From the NCBI GenBank assembly GCA_045123995.1, contig JBGVKY010000026.1, positions 7,428 through 71,427 of the forward strand: 64,000 nucleotides of DNA. Reading direction: 5' to 3'. Of this stretch, positions 9,684 through 20,095 are shown one piece after another; within the stretch, counting starts at the first letter, position 1, and each line of letters begins with the position of its first letter. The translations under genes and the position numbers were made by a program. The stretch is from Clostridia bacterium (GTDB lineage Bacteria; Bacillota; Clostridia; CAKSNL01; HGM11501). The notes beneath the pieces are model-generated. The model was not told the DNA's origin, made no database searches, and saw nothing but the letters and a program-made list of their open reading frames with translations.

Positions 9684-9731
9684 ATAGAACAAAAAAAGGA
9701 AAGCTTGTGCTTTCCTTTTTTTGTTCTATTT
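9682..9731 (+). terminator. Terminator with a perfect 23-bp inverted repeat
   Basis: AAATAGAACAAAAAAAGGAAAGC-TTGT-GCTTTCCTTTTTTTGTTCTATTT. Confidence 0.85.
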
Positions 9732-9783
9732 TTGTGTCCCATTAAATATAATCAAGTAAGACTAAGAAAAAGGCAGGGTTTTT

Positions 9784-10701
9784 ATGGACAAAGGATTAAA
9801 ATTTTTAGCAGAGGAATACTTTCCCGAAAGGCTTAAAGAAATTGCATTAAAACATGCCGCTTCCCCTGAAAGGACAGAGGAAATAAGGCTCAACGCAGGA
9901 TACGGGATTACGGCACTTAAAAGGACGGGCCTTTATTTTCTGTCCGAAGAGGGCGAGTGTGTGGAGGAAGAAAAAGCCGCATGCTTTAGGGCGGAAGAAA
10001 TAAAAGAAATCATAAAAAGGATTTGCGAAAATTCGGTATATTCATATCAGGAACAGATTAAAAAAGGATATATTCCCTTAAAGGGAGGACACAGGGCAGG
10101 AGTTACGGGAAGATGTGTAAGAGAAGGCGACGAAATTAAATATATGACGGATTTCACTTCAGTAACAATAAGAATTGCCCACGAGGTAATAGGAGCATCG
10201 GATTTTGTTTTTCCCTATATCTATAACGGAGAGGTTAAAAATACCCTTATTATATCACCCCCGGGTTGCGGAAAGACCACAATTCTAAGAGATCTTGCAA
10301 GAAAACTCGGAAGCTCAAGATGTATGAAGAAGGTTTCTTTGGTAGATGAGAGGGGGGAAATTGCCGCATCATCGGGAGGAGTTATACATAATAATGTGGG
10401 AAGCTTAACATCGGTAATTGACAATGCACCTAAACCCGAAGGTATAATGTGCGTTTTAAGAGCGATGAATCCCGATGTTATAATAACCGATGAGATAGGT
10501 ACTAAAGATGATGCAAAGGCAATTATGTCAGGTGTGTTATCGGGTTCAAAGGTAATATGCTCCGCTCACGGCAAAAATCTATCTGACGTATCTTTAAGAT
10601 ATGGAACGAAAGAACTCATACAGCAGAAAGTTTTTGAAAGAATAATCGTTTTAAGCCGCAGGGAAGGACCCGGGACAATAGAGGAAATAATAAAGCTATG
10701 A
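9784..10701 (+). CDS. spoIIIAA: Stage III sporulation ATPase SpoIIIAA
   Basis: EEIRL, GGHRAG, SPPGCGKTTILRD, VDERGEIA, DEIG; first of an 8-gene operon. Confidence 0.92.
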   Translation: MDKGLKFLAEEYFPERLKEIALKHAASPERTEEIRLNAGYGITALKRTGLYFLSEEGECVEEEKAACFRAEEIKEIIKRICENSVYSYQEQIKKGYIPLKGGHRAGVTGRCVREGDEIKYMTDFTSVTIRIAHEVIGASDFVFPYIYNGEVKNTLIISPPGCGKTTILRDLARKLGSSRCMKKVSLVDERGEIAASSGGVIHNNVGSLTSVIDNAPKPEGIMCVLRAMNPDVIITDEIGTKDDAKAIMSGVLSGSKVICSAHGKNLSDVSLRYGTKELIQQKVFERIIVLSRREGPGTIEEIIKL

Positions 10702-11132
10702 TTAAAATTTTAGGAAGCCTTTTTATAATTTTGGGGTGCATTGTTTCAGGAAGGAAATTAAATATAGCAAAAAGAAACCGTCTGGATTTTCTGGAGAAAA
10801 TGTTATATTCCGTATCGAGATTTCAGTCAGCTGTGGAAATATTCAAAAAACCCATAGAGGAAGGACTTGAATATTCCGGCATAAACGATAATGCAAAACT
10901 TCTTTCGCTTATGCATTATCCTGGTATTGAACTTGATAAAAAAGATTTTGGCGAATTTATAAAAGGACTTGATTCTGAAAGCTTAGAGGGGCAAAAGTCA
11001 AATCTGTTGCTTTACAAAATGAGACTTACAGAAGAGGAAAAAAAGGAGAGGTTAACTTATAAAAATATCTCAAAGCTTATAAAGACTTCTTCCGTCATGC
11101 TGGGCTTCCTTTTTGTGTTTCTTTTGTTTTAA
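10698..11132 (+). CDS. spoIIIAB: Stage III sporulation protein AB
   Basis: Operon position; MIKILG start with N- and C-terminal TM segments. Confidence 0.75.
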   Translation: MIKILGSLFIILGCIVSGRKLNIAKRNRLDFLEKMLYSVSRFQSAVEIFKKPIEEGLEYSGINDNAKLLSLMHYPGIELDKKDFGEFIKGLDSESLEGQKSNLLLYKMRLTEEEKKERLTYKNISKLIKTSSVMLGFLFVFLLF

Positions 11133-11145
11133 CAAGGGGGATTAT

Positions 11146-11340
11146 ATGGAGATTGAATTTGTATTCAAGGTAGCAGGGATAGGGCTGATTGTTGCCGTTC
11201 TTAACATGATAGTTGGTAAATCAGGCAGAGACGAGCAAGCACTTATCGTGACAATTTCAGGGTTAATTGTGGTGCTGGCTCTGGTAATTCCCGAAATAGG
11301 AAAGCTTTTTGAAAGCATAAAAGCGGTGTTCGGCTTATGA
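11146..11340 (+). CDS. spoIIIAC: Stage III sporulation protein AC
   Basis: FKVAGIGLIVAVLN..GRDEQA; ATG 11146 after AAGGGGG. Confidence 0.92.
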   Translation: MEIEFVFKVAGIGLIVAVLNMIVGKSGRDEQALIVTISGLIVVLALVIPEIGKLFESIKAVFGL

Positions 11341-11720
11341 TACTAAAAATCGTGGGAGTGTGTATTTTTGCAAGCCTGATTTCTGTAATGTTAAAGCAAA
11401 GCGGAAAAAGCGAAATGGCTATGCTTCTGGTTTTGACCACAACGGTTTTTGTGCTTTTTGCAGCATTTAAAGAAGCCAGTCATATTATTGAAGCGGTGAG
11501 GCTTATTACAGAAAAAACAAACCTTGATTTAAATGTTATAAAAACGGTGACAAAAATCACGGGCATTGCCTATATATCCCAGAGTGCATCGGAGCTATGC
11601 AAAGATGTGGGAGAGGGAGCTTTATCGGGAAAGGTGGAGCTTTGCGGAAAAATACTTATTTGTGCAGCGGCAATTCCTTATGTAAATGCACTTTTTTCAA
11701 TAATTTCTGATATATTGTAG
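11337..11720 (+). CDS. spoIIIAD: Stage III sporulation protein AD
   Basis: KITGIAYI..ELCKDVGE..KVELCGK. Confidence 0.92.
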   Translation: MILKIVGVCIFASLISVMLKQSGKSEMAMLLVLTTTVFVLFAAFKEASHIIEAVRLITEKTNLDLNVIKTVTKITGIAYISQSASELCKDVGEGALSGKVELCGKILICAAAIPYVNALFSIISDIL

Positions 11721-11730
11721 GTGAGTACAT

Positions 11731-12849
11731 ATGAAAAAACTAATCTTTGCCCTGATAATTTTTCTTTTTTGCATGAGGACTTTGTCACATTCTGCTTCCT
11801 TCGCAGATTTGGAGAAGGTTGAGGGGGCTATAAGCTCTGATGCTTATTCCAATATAGAAAAAGCATCAGGGAGCTTTTCCTTCAGCCATGTGGCAGAAGA
11901 AATAACAAAAGGGACTTATACCTGTGACATAAAAGGAGTACTTAAAAAAACTCTGGATATGTTTTTTTCTGAGGTCAGTGCCAACGGAAAAATCATGGCA
12001 ACTGTTGTTATTTTAGGGGTGCTTTGCTCCTTTGCATCAAACCTTTCTTCTGCATTTGGTAGCGGTGGGGTAAGTGAAGCCGCTTTTTTATGCAGCTATG
12101 CAATTTTAGCGGGAATAACCGCTGCAGGATTTTTAGAAATATCTGAAATGGCAAAAGGAGTTATAGAAGATATGGGACTTTTTGTGAAATCCCTTATCCC
12201 GGTTATGACTTCGCTTTCGGCAGCAGAGGGGAGGGTTATTTTTGCTCCCATGATGCACACCCAGATTTTACTTGCAACCTCCATTTGCTCAATAATTACA
12301 GGGAAGGTGTTAATTCCTCTGGTTTATGCCTCCTTTGCACTTAAATTCGTTAACAATATAACGTCTTCCCTGAGCTTAAGTTCATTAAGCTCAATGGCGG
12401 ATAAATTATGCAAAAGGATTTTGAGCTTTATGATGCTAATTTTCACGGCAATGCTGACATTGACAAGCTTTGCAGCAGGAACTGCAGAAAATATGGGGAT
12501 GAAAACGGCAAGATTTGCCATAAGCTCAATGGTTCCTTTTGCAGGGGGAGCTTTGGCAGATTCGGTAACCGCTCTTACGGCGTCAGCCTCCATGATAAAA
12601 AACTCCGCCGGGATAGCGGGGATAGTGGGGATAGCTCTTATGGCAGCCTACCCCGTTATAAAATGCGCCGCCATAAGCATGCTTTATAATTTTACGGGAG
12701 CAATACTTGAGCCCGTAACGGAAAAAAGGCTTTCTTCCGCAGTTACATCGGTGGGAGATTGCATGGGAATGATTTTTGCCATTGTATCGGTAAGTGCGGC
12801 ACAGTACATGATTTCTGCGGCCATTTTACTTACTTCCTTTAAGGGGTGA
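11731..12849 (+). CDS. spoIIIAE: Stage III sporulation protein AE
   Basis: Multi-TM protein; VPFAGGALAD..KNSAG..ILEP; operon position. Confidence 0.9.
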   Translation: MKKLIFALIIFLFCMRTLSHSASFADLEKVEGAISSDAYSNIEKASGSFSFSHVAEEITKGTYTCDIKGVLKKTLDMFFSEVSANGKIMATVVILGVLCSFASNLSSAFGSGGVSEAAFLCSYAILAGITAAGFLEISEMAKGVIEDMGLFVKSLIPVMTSLSAAEGRVIFAPMMHTQILLATSICSIITGKVLIPLVYASFALKFVNNITSSLSLSSLSSMADKLCKRILSFMMLIFTAMLTLTSFAAGTAENMGMKTARFAISSMVPFAGGALADSVTALTASASMIKNSAGIAGIVGIALMAAYPVIKCAAISMLYNFTGAILEPVTEKRLSSAVTSVGDCMGMIFAIVSVSAAQYMISAAILLTSFKG

Positions 12850-12852
12850 TTT

Positions 12853-13284
12853 ATGAGAGGATACATTCTGACACTTTGTGCCTCGGCACTTTTTGTTTCC
12901 TTAAGTTCCCTGATTTTACCTGAGGGGAATATAAAAAAATATGCAAGCTTGGTAAGCTCCGTTATGATTTCACTTTCTATTGTGGCGCCCCTTAAAAATC
13001 TGTTTGCAGAAAGTGATATTTTATCCTTTGAAAGTATTGAATATGAAGATATGCAATATGAAGAGGCGGAGGAAATTTACAAAAACGCCATAAAAGAAGA
13101 ATATAAAAAAAACTTGGAGGAAAGACTTTCGGTGTACGGAAGAAGCTATGTTTATCTTAACGATGACCTTTCAATTTCGCTTATCGAAATATATTCTGAC
13201 TTTCCTCTTGAAGATAAGGTAAAAGAAAAAATCAAGGAAGAATTTAATCCTGAAAGGCTAGAAATAAAATATGGAGATTATTAA
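12853..13284 (+). CDS. spoIIIAF: Stage III sporulation protein AF
   Basis: LILPEGNIKKY..IVAPL; operon position. Confidence 0.85.
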   Translation: MRGYILTLCASALFVSLSSLILPEGNIKKYASLVSSVMISLSIVAPLKNLFAESDILSFESIEYEDMQYEEAEEIYKNAIKEEYKKNLEERLSVYGRSYVYLNDDLSISLIEIYSDFPLEDKVKEKIKEEFNPERLEIKYGDY

Positions 13285-13735
13285 GGACTTTTGCGATAAA
13301 TTAAAGAATAATAAAGGTATTTTAATCATACTGATTATAGGGGCTGCTTTGCTTTTGCTTCCGTCGGGAGGTAAAAAGGAAGATGCGGTAAAGTCAGATT
13401 ATAACTATGAAGAAAGTTTGACCGAGGAAATTAAAAACACCTTGTCCAAAATAAAAGGGGCAGGAAAAACTTCCGTAATGATAACATTTTCGGATAAGGG
13501 GAAAATATATCCCCTTACGGATAAAAGCGAAACAGGGCAAAATGTAAATGAAAGGACAGTTTCTGTATCGGGGAAGGTGGCAGTCTTGAAAGAATCCTAT
13601 CCCACTGTGCGGGGAGTTGTGGTTATAGCAGAAGGTGGAGATAATGAAACGGTAAAGGAAAATCTTATAAATGCCGTTTCTGCCCTTACGGGAGCACCTT
13701 TTCATCAAATAAAAGTATTCAAAATGGAGGAGTAA
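13271..13735 (+). CDS. spoIIIAG: Stage III sporulation protein AG
   Basis: LSKIKGAG..VMIT, PTVRGVVVIAEGG..HQIKV. Confidence 0.9.
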   Translation: MEIIKDFCDKLKNNKGILIILIIGAALLLLPSGGKKEDAVKSDYNYEESLTEEIKNTLSKIKGAGKTSVMITFSDKGKIYPLTDKSETGQNVNERTVSVSGKVAVLKESYPTVRGVVVIAEGGDNETVKENLINAVSALTGAPFHQIKVFKMEE

Positions 13736-13736
13736 T

Positions 13737-14255
13737 ATGTGGAAGAAGAAACAAGTGGTTTTGTCGGCGTTGGTTTTAATGATTGGTCTGGCGGGATATT
13801 TTAACTGGTCGTATCAGAATTCAGATAACGGAACGGTAAATGACACGGAGGATATGACTTTGGGTGAAGCGAAGTTGGTCTCGGGAAGTAATATAACGGA
13901 AAAAAGAGAATATTTTTCAGAGAGCAGAACAGAAAAGGAAGTGGGAAGAAGCAAGGCACTTGAAAGTCTTAAAGGAATAGCGGAAAATCCCGAAAGCAGT
14001 CCCGAGGCTAAAAAAGAAGCTGAGATGCGGATTATAGATATGACAGGAAGAATGGAAAAAGAAGTTACGGCAGAAGCGGAGATAAAATCCAAAGGTTTTT
14101 CTGATGCTATAGTTTACATAAATGAAGATTCAGTAACCGTGGTAGTAAAAAGTGACAAAGAACTTACGGACACAGATGCCCTTAAAATCCAGGAAATTAT
14201 ATTAAAGCATAAGGAAGTTGATGTTTCAAATATAAGTATTTCAAGATATAAATAA
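13737..14255 (+). CDS. spoIIIAH: Stage III sporulation protein AH
   Basis: LVLMIGLAGYFN, YFSESR, IKSKGFSDAIV. Confidence 0.9.
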   Translation: MWKKKQVVLSALVLMIGLAGYFNWSYQNSDNGTVNDTEDMTLGEAKLVSGSNITEKREYFSESRTEKEVGRSKALESLKGIAENPESSPEAKKEAEMRIIDMTGRMEKEVTAEAEIKSKGFSDAIVYINEDSVTVVVKSDKELTDTDALKIQEIILKHKEVDVSNISISRYK

Positions 14256-14353
14256 TTAAGAAAGGCTTTAAATTTAAGCCTTTCTCTTTTTTAAATTGAC
14301 TAAATTATATTTTTATGATAGAATAAACCTGATACATGTAAAGGAGAGAGAAT

Positions 14354-14944
14354 ATGATTTCTTTTATTCGCGGAATTGTTGCATGGAAAGAAGAAACCGC
14401 TATAACGATTGAGGTTTCAGGTATAGGTTTTAAGGTCTTTGTTCCCTTAAGGGATATTGAAAAAATCAGGGTTGGAGAAGAAGCATTCCTTCACACATAC
14501 TTTTCTGTGAGAGAAGACTCGATGGAGCTTTTCGGTTTTGTTGATAAAGAGGACCTATCTATGTTCGAAAGGCTTCTTTCGGTGTCTGGCGTCGGTCCTA
14601 AAGCCGCAATAAATCTCCTGTCTGCCTTTTCCTCCTCTGAACTGGGAGCTGCCATTTTGCTTTCCGACGACAAGAAGATAGCAAAAGCTCAGGGAATAGG
14701 GGCAAAAACCGCCATGAGGATTATTCTCGAACTTAAAGATAAGATTTCTGATGATGCTTTAACGGGAGGATTTACTGATGAAGATGTTCCCGTAAATCGT
14801 GAAGTTGAAAATGAAGCCATAAGTGCCTTGGTGGCGTTAGGTTACTCAAAGGCGGAAGCGTCTTCGGCAGTAAAGAAGTCGGGAACAAAGGAAACGGTAG
14901 AAGAAACCGTAAAAGGCGCACTGGTTTCCCTTATGCGTTTTTAA
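14354..14944 (+). CDS. ruvA: Holliday junction branch-migration protein RuvA
   Basis: VRED..LFGF, VSGVGPK, GIGAKTA, ALVALGY. Confidence 0.95.
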   Translation: MISFIRGIVAWKEETAITIEVSGIGFKVFVPLRDIEKIRVGEEAFLHTYFSVREDSMELFGFVDKEDLSMFERLLSVSGVGPKAAINLLSAFSSSELGAAILLSDDKKIAKAQGIGAKTAMRIILELKDKISDDALTGGFTDEDVPVNREVENEAISALVALGYSKAEASSAVKKSGTKETVEETVKGALVSLMRF

Positions 14945-14956
14945 AGGAGATAAGTT

Positions 14957-15994
14957 ATGGATTTTGAAGAAAGACTTATAACAAGCGAGTTAACAGACAT
15001 TGATAAGGACGTGGAGGGTGGTCTTCGTCCCAGGAGTTTAGATGAATATGTAGGGCAGGAAAAAGCCAGGGAAAACCTTTCAATTTACATAGAGGCGGCA
15101 CGTCTTCGTAAAGAAGCTCTGGACCATGTGCTTTTATACGGACCTCCGGGTCTTGGCAAAACTACTCTTGCAGGAATTATTTCCAATGAGCTTGGAGTAA
15201 ACATGCGAATCACATCAGGTCCTGCCATTGAAAAGCCCGGGGATTTAGCGGCTATACTTACAAATCTTTCAGAGCATGACGTTCTTTTTATTGATGAAAT
15301 TCACCGCTTAAGTAAAAGCGTTGAAGAAGTGCTTTATCCTGCTATGGAGGACTATGCCATTGATATAATTATAGGAAAGGGCCCCTCGGCACGTTCAATC
15401 CGTCTGGATTTGCCAAGCTTTACTTTAATAGGAGCAACCACAAAGGCAGGTATGCTCACATCGCCTTTAAGGGACAGATTCGGCGTTCAGCTTAAACTTG
15501 AGCTTTATACACCCGAGGAGCTCAAACGAATAGTAAAGCGTTCTGCGGATATATTAAAAATAAAAATTTCAGATGACGGGGCAGGTGAGATTGCCTCACG
15601 TTCAAGAGGTACACCCAGAATTGCAAACAGACTTTTAAAAAGAGTCCGCGATTTTGCCCAGGTAAAGGGAAACGGCGATATAACCGCAGAAATTGCGGAT
15701 TTGGCACTTGGAAGACTGGAGATTGACAAAATAGGACTTGATGCAACGGACAAGAAGATGATAACCACAATTATTGACGTGTTCGGCGGTGGACCTGTGG
15801 GTCTTGATACTCTGGCGGCAACCATCTCTGAAGATGCCAACACAATCGAAGATGTATACGAGCCTTATTTGCTCCAGTTGGGATTTTTGAACCGAACCCC
15901 AAGAGGAAGAGTGGTAACAAGCCTTGCCTACGAGCATTTCGGTATAAAGTGTAAAGAAACCGATAATGGCGGACAGATGAAAATAGAAGAATAG
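14957..15994 (+). CDS. ruvB: Holliday junction helicase RuvB
   Basis: [38 protein letters not shown]. Confidence 0.97.
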   Translation: MDFEERLITSELTDIDKDVEGGLRPRSLDEYVGQEKARENLSIYIEAARLRKEALDHVLLYGPPGLGKTTLAGIISNELGVNMRITSGPAIEKPGDLAAILTNLSEHDVLFIDEIHRLSKSVEEVLYPAMEDYAIDIIIGKGPSARSIRLDLPSFTLIGATTKAGMLTSPLRDRFGVQLKLELYTPEELKRIVKRSADILKIKISDDGAGEIASRSRGTPRIANRLLKRVRDFAQVKGNGDITAEIADLALGRLEIDKIGLDATDKKMITTIIDVFGGGPVGLDTLAATISEDANTIEDVYEPYLLQLGFLNRTPRGRVVTSLAYEHFGIKCKETDNGGQMKIEE

Positions 15995-15996
15995 AA

Positions 15997-16026
15997 GTAT
16001 AAAAGAACCCCTTTTTGCCTATAATC
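15997..16026 (+). promoter_or_regulatory. Probable sigF-type promoter of spoIIR
   Basis: GTATA-N15-GCCTATAATC. Confidence 0.5.
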
Positions 16027-16047
16027 ATGGCAGAAAGGGGATTTTTA

Positions 16048-16647
16048 ATGAAAAAATTATTTGTTCTTTCCGTAACCTTATTTGTAATAGTAAATATTCT
16101 TCACATCTATGCAGAGGGGGAAAAGGAAAAAATCGCAGAAAATGTATTAAGGCTTCATGTGGTGGCAGAAAGCAATCTGGAAAAAGACCAGAAAATAAAA
16201 ATCAGGGTGCGGGATGCCGTGCTTTCTAATTACGGAAACATTTTATCATCTGCCAAAAACAAAAAAGAAGCCATTGAACTTTTTTATGAATACGAAGAAG
16301 AAATATTGAAAACAGTAAAGGAAGAACTTGTAAAAAACGGTGCTTCTCCTCATGTTTCCGTAAGTATAGGGAAATGTCGTTTTCCAACAAAGGTTTATGG
16401 CAACTTAAGGCTTCCCGGGGGAGAATATGACGCTGTCAATATAAAAATAGGAAAGGCAAAAGGAGAAAACTGGTGGTGTGTCATGTATCCTCCCATGTGC
16501 TTTACCTCCTGCATTGACGGAAAGGTGGCAGAGGAAAATCTTGATAGGCTAAAGAAAAATTTAGGTGAGGGCAGATTTTCCCTGATAAGCGATGATTCTA
16601 AAGATATAAAAATTAAATTCAAAATATTAGAACTGTTTGCAAAATAA
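16048..16647 (+). CDS. spoIIR: Stage II sporulation protein R
   Basis: LRLHVVAES, FPTKVYG..LPGGEY, GENWWCVMYPPMC. Confidence 0.93.
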   Translation: MKKLFVLSVTLFVIVNILHIYAEGEKEKIAENVLRLHVVAESNLEKDQKIKIRVRDAVLSNYGNILSSAKNKKEAIELFYEYEEEILKTVKEELVKNGASPHVSVSIGKCRFPTKVYGNLRLPGGEYDAVNIKIGKAKGENWWCVMYPPMCFTSCIDGKVAEENLDRLKKNLGEGRFSLISDDSKDIKIKFKILELFAK

Positions 16648-16668
16648 AAGGGTGCTTACCGCACCTTT

Positions 16669-17424
16669 TTATTTTGCATTCATATGTATTTCTGAAAACT
16701 TTTTTCTGTAGCTTGAGGGAGAGATTTTTTTGTGATACTTAAAAAAATTGATACAGGAAGATAAATCGTTGCCGAAGCCTAAGAGAGTTGATATTTCCTT
16801 TAAGGAATAATTGGTGTTTAAGAGCAGATTTTCAAATTCGTCGCATAAAAGCTTGTCAATCAGCTTTTTCAAGGAAATTCCGTAAGCCTTTTTTATTATC
16901 CTTGACATATGCTCTGAGTTGTAATCGAAATGTGCAGAAACAGTTTTTGCAGTAAGACCTGCTTTGGCATTTATTCTTATCCATTCGTGTACTTCTTTTG
17001 GAAGCTTGCTTTTAAGCTCATTGATATGGGCTGATTTTATATTAAGGAGAATATGCTCGGTTATAATTCTTGAGGCTTCGTTATCTTTATTTGCTGAAGT
17101 ATCATAATGAATAAGCTCGCGGAACATTCCGGCGCCCACAAAGTTACCGGTATACCCGCAATATTCCAAGGGAAAATCACCTGTAAAGTGAAGCCAGTAA
17201 AAGGAGGTTTTCCCATAACTTTGCTTGTGACCGCCGTGGAGCACTCCGGGTCTTAAAAGCACAAGGTCTCCTTTTGTAAGTTCGTATATTTTATCTTCTT
17301 CAAAGAGAGATACTGTTCCCTCGGTAACATAAATGATTTCAAAGGTCTGTTCAATTCTTTCAGGATGAATCCACTCATGGTCAGTGGTAAAAAGCCCCAT
17401 AATTTTGAAATTTATGTCTTTCAT
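16669..17424 (-). CDS. AraC-family transcriptional regulator
   Basis: N-terminal cupin (HPER..FYWLHF) and C-terminal double HTH (..ISPSSYR); divergent from GH127; start uncertain (17424 or 17487). Confidence 0.85.
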   Translation of the reverse strand: MKDINFKIMGLFTTDHEWIHPERIEQTFEIIYVTEGTVSLFEEDKIYELTKGDLVLLRPGVLHGGHKQSYGKTSFYWLHFTGDFPLEYCGYTGNFVGAGMFRELIHYDTSANKDNEASRIITEHILLNIKSAHINELKSKLPKEVHEWIRINAKAGLTAKTVSAHFDYNSEHMSRIIKKAYGISLKKLIDKLLCDEFENLLLNTNYSLKEISTLLGFGNDLSSCINFFKYHKKISPSSYRKKFSEIHMNAK

Positions 17425-17525
17425 GTCTTGTTTTCTCAACTCTTCTCTGATTTTATATATTGTTTTTTTTCTAAAAAGAGTATACAATAAAAAATGTATA
17501 ATGTCAAGAAAAGGGGAAAGAGGAT

Positions 17526-19334
17526 ATGTCGATTAAAAATTTATCGGTTACAAAACTTAAAAAAGGATTTTTACACGATAAGGCTTTACTTAATCTTAAA
17601 ATCACAATGGATGCTGTCTGGAACCAGTTCAGAGATACAGGAAGAATTGATGCTTTTAAATGCGATTGGGAAGAGGGAATGGATAAAAAGCCCCACTATT
17701 ACTGGGATTCTGATGTGGCTAAATGGATGGAAGCCGCAGCGTATCTTTTGGGAAAAGAAGAAGATACTGAATTAAGGGAGAAAGTGGAATGGTTAATTGA
17801 CAGAATAGAGGAAAATCAGGGAGAAGACGGATATTTTAACATATATTTTACCGTTTGCGATCCTGAAAACAGATTTAAATTCCGTTCTCATCACGAGCTT
17901 TACTGTGCAGGACACCTTATGGAGGCTGCAGCGGCATATCACGAAAATACCGGAGATGAGAGATTTATAAATCTCATGGAAAAATATTCTGATTATATCA
18001 CGAAGGTTTTCGTAGAAGAAAAATCAGCGGCTTTTGCAACTCCTGGACATGAAGAAATTGAACTTGCTCTTATAAGAATGTATGAAGCTACAGGCAAAAA
18101 GAAGTTTTTAGACTTAGCAATGTACTTTATAAACACCAGAGGAGAAGAAAAGGAAAAGGATATAGAACAAATCTGTGATGATTTCTATACCCAGAGCCAT
18201 TTACCCGTAAGAGAACAGAAGGAAGCAAAAGGCCATTCTGTAAGAGCTTTATATCTTTACTGTGCAATGGCATCTGCCGCTAAAGAAACAAATGATAAGG
18301 AACTTCTTAAAGCCTGCGAGACTTTATTCCGTGATATGGTCGATAAAAAGATGCATATAACAGGAGGTCTTGGTCAGAATCACTTTGGAGAGGCATTCAC
18401 TTTGGGATATGACCTTAAAAATGAAGAGGCTTATTCCGAAACCTGTGCATCCATCGCTATGATTTTATTCTGCGAAAGAATGTTTGATATGAATCATTCT
18501 TCCGAATATACAGATATCATTGAAAAAGAGCTTTATAATGGTATGATGTCAGGTCTTTCATTAAGCGGTGACAGATTTTTCTATACAAATCCTTCGGAGA
18601 TAAACCTTAAAAATCACGAAAGAAAGAAAACGGGATGGAGAGGAAGAGAAGACTGGCTTCCCATCACTCAGAGACCTGAAATTTTTGAATGTTCCTGCTG
18701 CCCTCCTAACTTGAACAGAACTCTGGCTTCCGTTGAACGCCTGGTTTACTATAAAGACGGTAAAGACATTTACATAAATCAGTTTGCAGAAAGCGAATAT
18801 GATGACGGTGAAATCAAGGTTAAAATGACAACAGATTATCCTAATAGCGATGAAGTCAAAGTGTCAGTAGAAGGTGCGGAAAATGTATATATAAGAATTC
18901 CTGCGTTTTCCCCAAAATTTACACTTTCTGCAAAGTACAAAATGGTTAAGGGCTATGCAAAGACAACAGATAAAAAATTTACCTTGAAGCTTGATATGAG
19001 TCCAAAGTTCATGATGGCAAACGAAAATGTTTCTGAAGATATGAATAAGATTGCTGTTACCATGGGCCCTGTAGTATACTGTGCAGAGGGAATTGACAAC
19101 AAGGAAAATCTCTGGAAAATTTATTTTGATGTAAAGGGAAGCCTTAAAATCAAAAAGAATAAGGAGTTTTTACTTCCCACGCTTAAAGCTGATGCTTTCG
19201 TAAGGCAGACAAATGATGCTCTTTACTCAGAATTATCTGAAAAATATAAGAAAACGACCCTTAATATGATTCCTTATTACTGTTTTGCAAACCGTGGCGA
19301 AACAGACATGAGAATCTGGTTTTATTACAAATAA
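17526..19334 (+). CDS. GH127 beta-L-arabinofuranosidase (HypBA1-like)
   Basis: WDSDVAKW, HELYCAGH, GHEEIELAL, GHSVRA, ETCASI, CSCCPPN. Confidence 0.9.
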   Translation: MSIKNLSVTKLKKGFLHDKALLNLKITMDAVWNQFRDTGRIDAFKCDWEEGMDKKPHYYWDSDVAKWMEAAAYLLGKEEDTELREKVEWLIDRIEENQGEDGYFNIYFTVCDPENRFKFRSHHELYCAGHLMEAAAAYHENTGDERFINLMEKYSDYITKVFVEEKSAAFATPGHEEIELALIRMYEATGKKKFLDLAMYFINTRGEEKEKDIEQICDDFYTQSHLPVREQKEAKGHSVRALYLYCAMASAAKETNDKELLKACETLFRDMVDKKMHITGGLGQNHFGEAFTLGYDLKNEEAYSETCASIAMILFCERMFDMNHSSEYTDIIEKELYNGMMSGLSLSGDRFFYTNPSEINLKNHERKKTGWRGREDWLPITQRPEIFECSCCPPNLNRTLASVERLVYYKDGKDIYINQFAESEYDDGEIKVKMTTDYPNSDEVKVSVEGAENVYIRIPAFSPKFTLSAKYKMVKGYAKTTDKKFTLKLDMSPKFMMANENVSEDMNKIAVTMGPVVYCAEGIDNKENLWKIYFDVKGSLKIKKNKEFLLPTLKADAFVRQTNDALYSELSEKYKKTTLNMIPYYCFANRGETDMRIWFYYK

Positions 19335-19459
19335 AAGAAAAAAACACTCCTCTTATAAAAGATGAGTGTTTTTTTCTTTGGAAACCTTAAAAAAGTGTTG
19401 CAAAAAGAGGAAATTTTATGTATAATATAATGAAGATTATGCTATAAGGAGAATTGTTT

Positions 19460-20095
19460 GTGTTTGGATATTTTAAGTCTATAAAAGAAAGGGATCCTGC
19501 GGCAAGAGGGGCTTTAAGTATTTTCTTTAACTACCCTTGCGTTCACGCCATTTTCTGGCACAGGATTGCACACTTTTTCTATAAGATAAAATTTTACTTT
19601 TTAGCAAGATTGATTTCACAGATTGTAAGATGGTTTACCTTGATTGAAATTCACCCGGGCGCAACCATCGGTAAGAATTTACTTATCGACCACGGCTGCG
19701 GTGTTATCATAGGTGAAACAGCTGAAATCGGTGATAACTGTACAATCTACCAGGGGGTTACTCTTGGAGGTACGGGCAAGGATGTGGGAAAGAGACATCC
19801 TACCATAGGAAATAATGTTATGATTGGTGCAGGTGCTAAGGTTTTAGGGCCCTTCAAGGTTGGTGACGGGTCTAAAATTGCGGCAAATGCTGTGGTATTA
19901 AACGAGGTTCCTGAAAATTCCACCTGTGTCGGCGTTCCGGGAAGAATAGTCAAAAGAGGAGAAAAGAAAATTGACTTGGATCAGATACATATACCTGACC
20001 CGGTATCCTTGGAATTTTGCAGAATGCAAAAGGAAATTGACGATCTTAAAGAAATAATTTTGAAGTTAAAGGAGAAAAACAATGAAAGTATTTAA
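19460..20095 (+). CDS. cysE: Serine O-acetyltransferase
   Basis: RDPAA, IEIHPGA, IDHG, KRHPT; GTG 19460 best spaced from AAGGAG. Confidence 0.95.
   Translation: MFGYFKSIKERDPAARGALSIFFNYPCVHAIFWHRIAHFFYKIKFYFLARLISQIVRWFTLIEIHPGATIGKNLLIDHGCGVIIGETAEIGDNCTIYQGVTLGGTGKDVGKRHPTIGNNVMIGAGAKVLGPFKVGDGSKIAANAVVLNEVPENSTCVGVPGRIVKRGEKKIDLDQIHIPDPVSLEFCRMQKEIDDLKEIILKLKEKNNESI

Noticed and set aside
9682-9731. Perfect 23-bp inverted repeat as a possible MITE or IS end
   Set aside because: 4-nt loop, U-tract and position right after the nadE stop fit a terminator; no second copy or target duplication seen
14354-15994. ruvAB without adjacent ruvC
   Set aside because: The resolvase gene is often unlinked or replaced by recU in Firmicutes; cannot be judged from one window
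19335-19459. Expected Cys T-box leader before cysE-cysS
   Set aside because: Only a terminator and a TTGCAA-N17-TATAAT promoter about 30 nt from the start are present; no room for a T-box
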